A stretch of DNA of 62,576 nucleotides, the filler included, from Kipferlia bialata (Eukaryota): assembly GCA_003568945.1 (NCBI GenBank). It is 3 parts of 3 records of this genome, joined end to end, with 100 filler letters (N's around TTAATTAATTAA, not from the genome) between each part and the next. Parts side by side here need not be neighbours in the genome. Positions count along the whole stretch, not along the records: positions 1 to 20,845 come from BDIP01000351.1; positions 20,946 to 41,720 come from BDIP01000354.1; 1 more part is not named here. One strand, given 5' to 3'. The notes under the pieces are model-generated. The model saw only the letters and a list, made by a program, of their open reading frames with translations, did not search any database and was not told where the DNA came from. Below, in pieces: positions 11,384 through 22,328 of this stretch. The position numbers and the translations under genes were made by a program. Positions within the stretch are counted from its first letter, which is position 1, and each line of letters opens with the position of its first letter.

Positions 11384-14300
11384 AATATGGGATGTCCTGG
11401 CAGAGAGTAACTATCTGAACGATGTCTCTGGGCTGGCCCACTTCTCTTCGCTAGGCATAGTGGATCTGAGCAACAACCTGCTGGAGCTGGAGTCTCTGCA
11501 GGCCCTACGCAACACCCAGATCATGGACCTCAGGGTGGGGGGCAACCCCCTCACAGACACAGAGCGGTGGAGGGCACAGGTGGGTGTATTACAATACTTT
11601 GTGGGGGGGGGGTCCTTCAGTGACTCTGGAGACATGTGTATATATCTGTAGCATTCTTACAGCTCTCCGATCCCCAGTTCACCGCAGGTTGTGATGCTGC
11701 TCCCCTTCCTGTGGTGTCTAGAGGGTGTAGAGGTCACCCAGGAGGAGAGGCGTGTCTATGAGCGTAGTAACCTGGAGCTGACCCTTGGGGAGGCCCCCCC
11801 TCCCCCCTCCAGGCTGCTGTGTCTAGAGGCAGCCAAGGCGAGGGCGCCCTTTGAGCGTGTGTTCCCCCCTGCCAGGGTGTCTGACAGGACCAAGAGGGTG
11901 GCGAGGGTGGCCACCGTGGCCCAGAGGGTGCTGGCCCTGCTGAAGGGGGGCGGGGTGTATGGGGTGGAGGCATCCCCTGTCAATTCAGTTGAGAGGTACC
12001 TCAACCTCTCTCCCACAGACCAGGCCCTCGCCTCTGCCGTTGTGGGGTCGTGTGTTGTCCTGTCCACCCGTGTTGAGTTGGGGCCTGCCCTCTGTGCTGT
12101 TCTGCCGGGCACAGGCTCAGGCCAGAGACAGGCCGCAGCCCACATCTCAGCTGCCATCGCTGCCTGCCCTGTCCTCGGTGTCTATCTGGCCACCCGCGCA
12201 CCTCTGCCCCCAGACCACTTTGCCTATGCCCTGTGCGTTGCCCTGACCCGGACCTCCATCCCCGGCGCAGTGTGCCGAGATGCCATGGGCATGGCAGACC
12301 TGCACGCAGAGGGGGCACTGCTGGAGACTGCCTATGGCGTGTGGGACAGGTGTGGCGCACCCCTGGAGAAGAGAACATCCAGCTACACACACGGACATGC
12401 GGTGTGGGTGGGGAGACGCAAACAGGTGGCGGGGTCTGACGGGGCCGAGGATGGCCCCTCTTCCAACGCGATGCTCTCCCTCCCGACTGTCAGGGACACC
12501 AGCCTCATGGAGCCAGAGGGCATCATCGGGGTGTACGGGGTCACACTGTCGGGGGGGAGTCAGTGCAGTGCCCGCCCTGCCGAGCCCCTGTCCAGACCCC
12601 CCACCCAGGCCGTGGGGGTGTCTGCGTCTGTGTCCATGGATGGGGGTGTGGGTATGAGCAGCAGACCCGGCACAGTGGCTGTGGAGGTGTCGGATGCTCA
12701 CATTGAGGCAGAGACAGCTGTGGCCGAGTCCCAACCCGTGACCAGGGGGGCTAGCGGCAGTGCCTCCGGCCTGAGACGGTCCAGGTCTGGGGTCTCAGCC
12801 CCATCTGCCACCAAGGGCAGGTGGGGGTCATCGGGACGCAACCGCTTCCTCTCCACATCCAACTCCCACTCCCGTCTCAAGACCCAGCCTCTGTCCTCCA
12901 GGACCCGGCCCATATCGGTACAGGATAGGGGTGGGGTGCCCCCAGCTGAGCTGGAGACACTGCCAGACAGTAAGGGGAGGAGGGAGAGGCGCAAGCAGGA
13001 GTGGCTGGGGGAGGACCCGGCTGGGCATGGGTCGGGGGAGTATGGCTTTGTCGATGGGGTGGGGGACTACCGAGAGCCGGGCTCTGCCGTCCACCCCCCT
13101 GCTGTTGTGTCTGATAGGGACCTGGCAGAGGCCGTACCCCCCGAGGCCGTGGCTGAGTACATGCAGAAGATAGACAGGGCCCGGGCCAAGAGGCAGGTGG
13201 CTATGGAGAGGGCTGCCACCACAGGGTCCAGGGCCAGGAGGGCCATGGCCAGGACTAAACGGGCTGCAATGCGGCGGTCGGTGCTGTATGACGACAGTGT
13301 GAGGCACATACGAACAGAGCTTGACTGTGAGCTGGGAGCCATGGGGAGGAGGAAGGGGGGCAAGGGCCAGATGAACACCCCCACCCTGCCCCCACCCATC
13401 CTGCCCCCAGCCCCTGCATACAGGCCCCTGCCCAAGGACCCTGTCACCACGTCCTCTGCGGCTGGTCAGCTCTGCATCATGAGGGAGGCCGCACTCACAC
13501 ACGCCAGGTCAGTCCTGGGGAAGCGCTTTGCAGCCTATGTGGACGGGGATGAAGAGGCAGAGGCCGGGGGAGACGGGGCATTCCTAACCGAGGTTGACTC
13601 CAAGTCTGTCATCCGCGAGATATCGGGGCTCTTTGGGGCTGCAGCTGACAGACGGGCCGTGTCTGCCGGTGTGTGCCCCGGATGGCCCCTGCCCCCCACC
13701 CAACAGGGGCGCAGGCGTCGGTCCCCCCAGCCTCTGCCGTCTCTGTCAGCTGTGACCTGGAGGCCCATTGGCCAGGGGGAGAAGGTGACCTTCCAGGCCC
13801 GGCCCGACACAGAGCAGGACGACCTGGACAAGTGGCGCTACATGGCACAGAGCCGACAGAAGAGTGCGGAGGGGGGGAGGGGCAGGGCCAAGGCACCCGC
13901 GGCAGAGCCTGTGCCTGTGATACAGCGGCACATCACATACCCGTCCCCTGGCTATGGGGCTGTGTACTCCAGTGGTGCCGGCACTCCCCGTGACTTTGAG
14001 GGTGCAGAGGGGGAGAGAGAGGTGGGGCAGCCCATGCAGGTGGGGGCCTTCCACATAGACACCTCGGCCAGGAGGGCACCCCCCGACCCCGATGTGGAGG
14101 AGATCGAGGTGCGGGTGCCTGCCCCCTTCACGACCCCCAGGGCAGAGGTGCCCAGCGACCATGACTCCGACTATGCAGAGAGAGGTGCCACACACACAGC
14201 CCCCCTCGTGTCTTCCCCTGCCGACCCCGACTCCCCCAGGGCCAGGCTGCCCCCTCGGCTACCCCCCCAGCACCGGCCTGACCCCCGGCTCGACCCTCTC

Positions 14301-14456
14301 CTGGGCGAGAGGCGTGTCAGTGTGGACCATCCTATGGGTGGGTCCCGGGTGAGTAGTAGGGGTAGTAGCAGGGGGTCCAGGTATGGCTCCGCTGGGTCTA
14401 GCCGATCCTCAAGGTCGGGCTCATCTTCCCAGTATGGGGTTGCTGTGCCCTTATGA
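11384..14456 (+). CDS. SDS22/U2A'-type LRR plus LRRcap protein with a long low-complexity C-terminal region
   Basis: Exon 11384-11579 (ESNYLNDVSGLAHFSSLGIVDLSNNLL...MDLRVGGNPLTDTERWRAQ) splices to exon 11688-14456 (VVMLLPFLWCLEGVEVTQEER, the LRRcap). A 921-aa open frame follows. Confidence 0.8.
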
Positions 14457-14596
14457 CACACACCAAATAGACACAGGATACGTTACACACATTCACATCA
14501 TATGAGACACTAAACATTTATGGAAAACCAGCCACCAGTTGGCCTAAGAATGGCCCATCTCTGAGCCTGTTCCCTCTGATGGCAGACCTGGTGCGC

Positions 14597-16233
14597 TCAG
14601 TGCTTGAGGCGCTCCAGGTCGATGAGGTGGCATGCCGACTCCAGCTGCTGCGTGGCCTGCCTGAGGTGCCTGACCCACTCCGAGATGGTGTGGTCTGCCT
14701 CTGGGTCTGGGCTGAACTGGACCATCTCCTTGGGCCTGTCTATCTGCACAGGCACCACAGAGGGGTCCAGCTCAATCAGCTCGGCCTCGACCTCCTCCAC
14801 AGACCGCCCTGTCAGCTCGGCCAGCAGGGACAGAGAGACACGGCCAAACCTCTTCGACAGCACCAGGAGCTGCCGGGTGAGGTGGCGCCTCCTGAGGAGG
14901 GCTGGGTCCACAAAGGGGTGGGTGAAGTCGGGGAGGGGGGAGAGAGAGTCGGCAGAGAGAGAGGCGGCCAGGGCGAGGGTGGCGGGTGCCACAAGGGCCC
15001 TGAAGGCCAGGGTCTCGATGGGTGGCTCCAGGGCCAGGTGGTCTACGGCACACACCCTGCCTGTCAGCATGAGGGACTCGGCGTCACAGGGGCAGAGGGA
15101 GAGGGCGGCCAGACAGTCGGTGAGGGCGGCTGCCCTGTCCTTGTCCTCCAGTCTCTCCTCCTCATAGGCGGCCCAGGAGAAGGAGGCGGCGTCATACCAC
15201 AGGCCAAAGTGCACGGCCAGCTCAACCCTCAGGGCCAGGTATGCCATGTACACGTCAGAGTGCTTGGACTCCTTCAGACGCTGAACGTTCATCTTGGAGG
15301 ACACAATACGAGCACGGAGCCAGTCTCCACTCTGCTTGATCAACCTAACCTGGGGTGAGACTACTGCTGATGGAGGGGGGGTGGGTGAGTGAGAACAAGA
15401 GACAGAGAGAGGGATAGTTAAGACAGAAAGACTGATATAGAGAGAATCCACTACAGTAGAGACAATGGGAAAGAAACAATGGGTATGCGGCCGCTGCAAG
15501 GAAGAGATATAGGAGTGATATAGGTCTTAAGCTGGGGACACACTCACGAACTGACAACACGCTGTGACATATATCCGAGAGGGATACATCAGCCAAGAGA
15601 CAATACATAACACTGTTTCCCTACCTGGTGGAGCACATACTCGTACTTCTCCTTCTCTGTGAGCTGGCCACTGGTGTCTGCCGCCACGGACTGGATTGTC
15701 TTTGCTGCCCCCTCCGTGTCCCCCAGCTCACTCTGCAGCATGGCCTGCCTCAGTACCAGTCTACAGTGGGGACCCTCAACCACAATCTGGCCCAGGGTGG
15801 CCTCCACCAGGGCCCCCAGCACCTTCTCCTGTGCCTCACTGCCCTCAGGCAGCAGAGAGTCCAGGGACTCCATCAGCACCTTGATGCCACGCTCCTGGGC
15901 CTGCTTGCCCTGTGCCCTACGCCTGGACACCCCCTTGTAGGTGCTGATTGCACCCTCGAGGTCACCCCTCAGGATGTCAGCCCTCACAAGAGCGGCAGCG
16001 TACACTGCAGACACAGAGGTGTCGCCCACATTCAGCCTGAACCGCCTCTCCAGGTTGGACAGCTCGTCTTGTGTGGCCTTGAAGTCCTCCTTGCTGATGT
16101 CGCCATTCACACGGGCCAGAATCGCATCGCATTGGTCCTGAGCCTCCCTCAGGTGATTCTCATCAATGCTGGACTCAGGCATTTCTGGCGTGATAAGGTG
16201 AAGAGGTGGCCTTGGGCTATTCTCAGCGGCCAT
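14597..16233 (-). CDS. PSMD12: 26S proteasome lid subunit Rpn5/PSMD12 (PCI domain), 2 exons, complete
   Basis: Exons 16233-15625 and 15349-14597. Motifs LSNLERRFRL, SRRRAQGKQA, TLGQIVVE, EKYEYVLHQVRL..GDWLRARIVSSK, PCI region RVSLSLLAEL...QIDRP..MVQF and C-terminal SACHLIDLE match the Rpn5 family. Confidence 0.88.
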
Positions 16234-16354
16234 GTCGCGAGGGTGTAGTTTGAGACAAAAACAGACTTGAGCAGCACCGTTGCTTCTCTTCAGTACTGAC
16301 ACTCTGTACCCTCAGTGGACTTCACTGAAGACCCATCGAACTTGGTGGTGACAT
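16234..16354. promoter_or_regulatory. Compact bidirectional promoter/5'UTR region (121 bp) between PSMD12 and COMMD4
   Basis: Divergent ATGs at 16233 (minus) and 16355 (plus). Confidence 0.5.
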
Positions 16355-16836
16355 ATGGTGTGTGGTGTGTGTATGCCCCCTCCTGTCTGATTTGATATGT
16401 ATCTGATATGTGTCTGATATATATCTGACCCAGCCGTTCCTATGCTTTGGCGGTGCTGAGCCGGCTGACTGGATCCTGCAGGAGACGGGCACTCTCGCCT
16501 CCATGGCCGAGTCCACAGTGTCTGTCGTGGCAGCACAGGTTGCGCGCAAGCTCACTGGAGGCGAGCCCAATGTAAGTGTAAATAGTATGTGATTGGTTGT
16601 GTATATTGTCTCTCTCTCTCTCTATCAGCTCTCACATCCAGTATGGGGACCTGAGGGAAGAGAGTACCCGCTCTCGGTTCTCGACGTCCGATGCGCGGTC
16701 TGTGATGTCGTGCATGCACTATATATTCCTGAATGCAGCCAGTCACAATGTGTCTGGGGAGACGCTGGAGTCTGAGCTGGAGATGCTGGGACTCAGCACA
16801 GAGCACGCGGCATCAATGGCATCCCACTACACACAG
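16355..16836 (+). CDS. COMMD4: COMM-domain protein 4, N-terminal helical part; the COMM domain is missing beyond a poly-C run
   Basis: Exons 16355-16357 (ATG only), 16434-16571 and 16642-16836 give M PFLCFGGAEPADWILQETGTLASM...YGDL...YIFLNAASHNVSGETLESELEMLGLSTEHAASMASHY. This matches COMMD4 (F.F.G....PDW.L.E..TL; FIL..AA.H.V.GE.L..EL..LGL..EHA). Confidence 0.82.
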
Positions 16837-16870
16837 GTGGGTGTCAGTGTGCAGTGGGTGACTAAAAGAG

Positions 16871-16910
<40 letters not shown>
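16871..16910. repeat. Long poly-C homopolymer; similar runs at 7824-7870, 11286-11361, 20962-20985, 30708-30731 (G), 30834-30870 and 41672-41720
   Basis: Read directly from the sequence. Several runs lie at scaffold ends or next to gaps. Confidence 0.95.
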
Positions 16911-17075
16911 TTCCTTCTTAAGGACTGGGTCCCCCCATATCCACTTACCACCCTGTTACGCCTTCTATCCACTATTTTTTTTCATCCCATCCTACATTGA
17001 TACTAGTAATCATTCCATTATCTTACCTCCCCCCTCTCTCTCTCTACACCCCTAATTCTCTCTTCTCATACACAG

Positions 17076-17810
17076 GACATCCCATCCTACATTGAGAACA
17101 ATGACCAGTGGCCCAAGGTATTGTGATAAACAATGTACTATATTCATACATATACTACTATATGTGCTATACTACTAGGTATATATATATATATATGATA
17201 ACAATGACAAGTGGCCCAAGGTAATGAGATACACATATATACACATACATATGCTAAGGACATGTTGTGTATAACTGTATATAGCCCCAGTCTCCTACTT
17301 CTTATGATTCTCTCTCCCCCTCTACACCCTTATTCCAGGTCCTAGATGCTGCCCTCACCTCTCTCAACAAGTGGCGGTTCACTCTGTTTGGTGTGCTTGA
17401 CAACAAGTATATCCTCCAGAGGGTGGAGGTAGGGATATATATATACATTTGTAGATATGTTTGTAAGTACTCTGTGTATACGTATGTGTGTATATGTACT
17501 CTGTTTGGTGTGCTGGCACTCTCTCCCTCTCTCTCTCTCTATTTCTCACCTCCTCAGTCAGTCGTGTTTTAGCTCTCTCTATATACACAAACACCCACAA
17601 CTCTCACCCTCTCAGTCCATAGCCACCCAGGTCGTGGATGGTGTCAACACTAGGATGCATTCTCTCTCTCTCTCTCTCAATATATATATATACTAAACTC
17701 CATCTCACTCAGTCCATAGCCACCCAGATCAATCTCTCTCTCTCTCCCCCCCCCTTAACCTTAGTCCATAGCCACCCAGGTAGTGTCTGGTGTCAACACC
17801 AGGATGTGCA

Positions 17811-17848
<38 letters not shown>

Positions 17849-18010
17849 ATATATATATATATATATGTATTAACCCCTTAGTCCATAGCCACCCAGGTTG
17901 TGGCTGGTGTCAACACTAGGATGTGTTGATTATCTCTCTCTCTCTCTCAATCTCTCTCTCTCTATATATATATACTAATCTCCATCTCACACATAGCCAC
18001 CCAGATCAAT

Positions 18011-18051
<41 letters not shown>

Positions 18052-18145
18052 ATATATATATCTATTAACCCCTTAGTCCATTGCTACCCAGGTTGTAACT
18101 GGTGTCAACACCAAGATGTGTCATCTCTCGTTCTATATATATATA

Positions 18146-18182
<37 letters not shown>

Positions 18183-19181
18183 TAAACTCCATCTCACTCA
18201 GTCCATAGCCACCAGATCAATCTCTCTCTCTCTCTCTCTCTCCCTTAACCATAGTCCATAGCCACCCAGGTCGTGGCAAGTGTACTCTCTCTCTCTCTCT
18301 CTCTATTATATGTCTCTTACCCCCTTAGTCCATAGCCACCCAGGTTGTGTCTGGTGTCAACACCAAGGTGGTACTCAAGCTGAGTCTGGGTACAGTACTA
18401 GAGAGACACGAGGTATATAGATAGATATATATATATATATACTGTAGTATACTACCTTGGTACTCAAGCTGAGTCTGGGCACGGTACTAGGGAGGCATGA
18501 GGTAGGGTATTGTTATATATATACTATAGTCTGTATATGTGTGTATATATATACTATAGTGTGGATATATATACTGTAGTATATATACCTTGGCACTCAA
18601 GCTGAGTGTGGGCACAGTGCTGGAGAGACACGAGGTATATGTATATATATATTATTATTATTACAGTATATATAATACAGTGAGTGTACTACCTTAATGG
18701 TACTCAAGCTGAGTCTGAGGACAGTGCTAGAGAGACATGAGGTATGTATAGATAGATACTATAGTGTGTGTGTGTATATATATACATATATATATATATA
18801 TACTCTAGTATACATATCTTGGTACTCAAGCTGAGTCTGGGGACAGTCTTAGAGAGACACGAGGTAGGGCATTACTATATATATACATATATACTATATA
18901 AACGTTGAGTTACTATAGTGAGTATACTAGTATACACTACCTAGATGGTACTCAAGCTGAGTCTGGGGACAGACACGAGGTATATTCTTTTATATTTATT
19001 AATTAATATATACAGGTACCATGCATGTTATTGGGTGGACTATACTTAGAGACACATGTTGGGGTATCGAGTACACGCCAATATATGTATATTATTATGT
19101 ATGAATATTCCCTTACACCAGTTTGAGGTGTACCGTGACTTTGATGGCAAGTGTCAGGTGACCAGCCACAATGTGCAATAG
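17076..19181 (+). CDS. Cystatin-family cysteine protease inhibitor domain (3' part of gene)
   Basis: Phase-0 exons 17076-17117, 17339-17428, 18329-18412 and 19122-19181 give DIPSYIENNDQWPK VLDAALTSLNKWRFTLFGVLDNKYILQRVE SIATQVVSGVNTKVVLKLSLGTVLERHE FEVYRDFDGKCQVTSHNVQ*. The QxVxG motif is QVVSG. Confidence 0.8.
17600..18985 (+). repeat. Array of partial copies of the cystatin QVVSG exon: 8 acceptor-side copies upstream, 5 donor-side copies downstream
   Basis: (ag)TCCATAGCCACCCAG.. occurs at about 17616, 17713, 17765, 17882, 17992, 18077, 18202 and 18255. GTACTCAAGCTGAGT..GAG(gt) occurs at about 18460, 18593, 18700, 18822 and 18948. Confidence 0.95.
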
Positions 19182-20018
19182 ATAAGAGAAAGAGGGAGAG
19201 AGAGAGGGGGGGGGGGTTGTGAGAGAGAAGGCCAGATGGAGAGAGAGGTCATTCCTTCTTTCTTGTCCTCTGAATCTCGGCTGTCTAGAGACTCAGTGTA
19301 TATTATGTGTCATAAGTGTGTGATATTGTGAATAGATGTGTGTTGTAACCAAGTGTTGATCCTTTCATCCTCCTGAAACTAGGACGAGTTCTAACGCCAC
19401 ATCTCATTTTGAACCATGTAGCCTGATGATCCGTATATACAACATATATATATTATATATATTGGCCCACAATACATACCCAACTGTCTCATCCCACTCT
19501 AACATCATAAAAACAACTTACTCTAACGTCTCTATTACAAAGATTGGGAGGTTGGCGAGCAACACACCCAATACCAAGTACATATCTACACACAAGAGGT
19601 TCGTATCCCTCAAGTGGCATATCAGTACAAGTATATAGGCATACACACCCCACCCACCCCTCCCTACTAGCTACAAGCTACTATTTAGACACATGACCGT
19701 CTCCCTAGACCAGCGTCCCCGTCATATTAATAACATTATTACATATCGTTACATACAGTGTATGGCATAAAATGTCAATTCAAATACCCAGGCAAAACAA
19801 GATGTAGAAAACATCTCCCTCTCTCTCTCTCTCCCTCTCTGTCTCTCTCTCGCCCGGGTGGCCCTGTAATATGGGCAAAACCTCTCTCCTCTTCGCTCCC
19901 CCCTCCCTTCCATATATAGGGCTCTCTCGCATCCCTCTCACTCTCTCCTAAATAAAACTACTGCGCTGGAAGGGTCATCTCTCATCTCTCATCTCTCTCT
20001 CTCTCCCCCTCTCTCTCT

Positions 20019-20115
20019 CTACCTCCTTCTGTTGTACTTGGGCTGGTGGTCAGAGTCCCCGTGGCGATGGTCGCGGTGGTCACGCCTGGGGATAAGTATA
20101 TATATATATATATAT

Positions 20116-20151
<36 letters not shown>

Positions 20152-20845
20152 CCCGTGGCGGTGGTCGCGGTGGTCGCGCCTGGGGGTGAGGGGGTATTTA
20201 TATATATACGTGAGAATTATATAATAACGCCTGGAGGTAAGAGATATATACCTGAGAATTTTATATATATAGTACTACTCATGTACGTATATCATGTACC
20301 TCCCACCACTCCTGTCATTCCCCCTGTGCCTGGAGTCCTGGTTCCTGCCATTGCGCCTGGGGGGTAAGAGGGATGTAGAAACAAACACACACATAAATAT
20401 ATATATATGTATATACATATATATCCGAGTATATATGTACCTGTACCCGCCCTCGTTGTGCCCCCTGCTTTGATATATAGAATGGTATATATATATACTC
20501 ATATAGTATATATATACATATGTCTCTATATATATACCTGTACCCGCCCTCGTTGTGCCCCCTGCTCTCCCTGTCGTGCTTGTAGTGCTGGTAGTCACTG
20601 CCAGACGGCATGTCCATCCTGATATCAGTATATATATAGTGTATATGTAATATATTATATACATGTTGTATAGTGCATGCAGTGATAACATAGTATTCTA
20701 TAGAGAGTATCTGTAGTGCTGGTAGTCACTTCACTGGACCCCAACTAGTTGGTGTCATATATTCAATATACTATCAGTATAAACACTATATACCTGTTCA
20801 CCCCCGTGTGCCCGTATGACTGGACCACTGGGCCAGTGACTGATA
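20019..20845 (-). CDS. 3' end of a gene with an R/D/G/H-rich low-complexity C-terminus (possibly an RNA-processing factor)
   Basis: Small exons give MDMPSGSDYQHYKHDRESRGHNEGGYR, RNGRNQDSRHRGNDRSGGR and RDHRDHRHGDSDHQPKYNRRR* (stop 20019-20021). The gene is truncated by the scaffold end. Confidence 0.55.
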
Positions 20846-20945
20846 NNNNNNNNNNNNNNNNNNNNNNNNNNNNNNNNNNNNNNNNNNNNTTAATTAATTA
20901 ANNNNNNNNNNNNNNNNNNNNNNNNNNNNNNNNNNNNNNNNNNNN
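20846..20945. other. Artificial scaffold linker (N44-TTAATTAATTAA-N44)
   Basis: A six-frame stop palindrome at 20890-20901 is centred in exactly 100 nt. An identical structure occurs at 41721-41820. Confidence 0.97.
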
Positions 20946-21032
20946 CACGGTTTTTTTTATTCCCCCCACCCCCCCCCCCCCCCCCGCGCGCGCTCCACCC
21001 TCTCTCTCTCACACACTCTCTGTCTCACCCAG

Positions 21033-21501
21033 TACCAGTCACAGTATGGTGGCAGTGGAGTGATTGAGGTGTCCCTCTGTGCCAGGGGTCAGCATGAGTC
21101 AGACACGGTGGGGCTGGAGAGTGACACGCCCTTGAAGGTACTCTCTCCCTATCTCGACATACTTCTTTGTATCTGTGGAGAGATTAGTTGCCTCTTCTCT
21201 CTCCCTCTCTCTCCCTCCCCCTTACCCCCCAGGCCCCCCCTTCCTCTGACAGGGACTACAGAGGGGTCATGGTCATCAATGCAGCAGGTGGGGTTACACA
21301 GCTCTTGCCACACATACACGTACCCTACTCTCTTGCCCACCTCTCTCTCCATACCCTTACCTATAGGCACCCACCAGATCTCTGTCCAGCACCTGGGTCC
21401 CAGCCACTTGACACTGGTACCATCGGTCAGGTAGTGTATGCATATATGTCTCGCTCTCTCTCTGACGTCACCCTAGGAGTGACCCCTCCCTCACTGTGGG
21501 C

Positions 21502-21543
<42 letters not shown>

Positions 21544-22293
21544 GTATATATACCCTCACCCCTAGGAGCGATGCCTCCCTGACTGTAGCCATGGATACTC
21601 TCTCTCTCTCTCTATCTGTCTATCTATCTATATATTCTGACCTTAGAAGTGACCCCTCCCTGACCGTGGCCATGGGCACTGTGGACCATGCCCGCACTGT
21701 CTATGCAGTCCATAGGGAGAGAGAGAAGGTGGTGGTCAGGGGGGTGGTCTCTGATGTGTTTGGTGAGTGCAGAGTTTACCTACATATATGTGACATATAG
21801 TCTACATTGTAGTATTCACAAAGCTAGGGTCTTACATCAGGCAACACGGCCTCTGCCAGACAGTGCAACATGGGCCAGACACCCATATCCATAGCCTTGT
21901 CTGCCCCATGGGTCAGTGGGGGGGTCAGGGTACGCAGTCTCTGTACTATAGGCAGTATAGATACTATATGTGACTGTGTGCATGTTCACAAGGACAAATT
22001 GCATTTGTCATACTCTGGATATTTCACTCTCACCCCCAGAGCAAGAAGACCCCCCAGGGCCTGGTATTTGGGAGACTAGGGGAGACCGAGTGCTTCAGAG
22101 GTGAGGCATTATATACACTCAGCCCCTCCCTCCCCCCTCACACATACACACCCATCCTCACTCGCCCTTACCCACACCCAGTGAATGGCTATGACACCTT
22201 CCGAGAGGCTGTGACTGGGCGTGTTACATTCAGTGACACCTCCCTGCACATGGACTCCCTGCCCATACTCCAACTGCCTCAGGTATGTGTACT

Positions 22294-22328
<35 letters not shown>

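Noticed and set aside
11734..16248. Numerous overlapping and antisense ORFs (e.g. 14579-15358 plus, 15628-16248 plus, 12828-13502 minus)
   Set aside because: They are shadows of GC-rich true coding exons, with no recognisable motifs.
17600..18985. CRISPR-like repeat-spacer array
   Set aside because: The repeats are degenerate copies of a coding exon edge with splice sites. The spacers are related microsatellites of variable length, no cas genes are present, and the context is eukaryotic.
20846..20945. Palindromic TTAATTAATTAA repeated here and at 41765-41776 as a biological site
   Set aside because: It is centred in exactly 100 nt with 44 N on each side, gives stops in six frames, and separates pieces of descending length (20845, 20775, 20756). 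It is a concatenation linker, so adjacency across it is meaningless.
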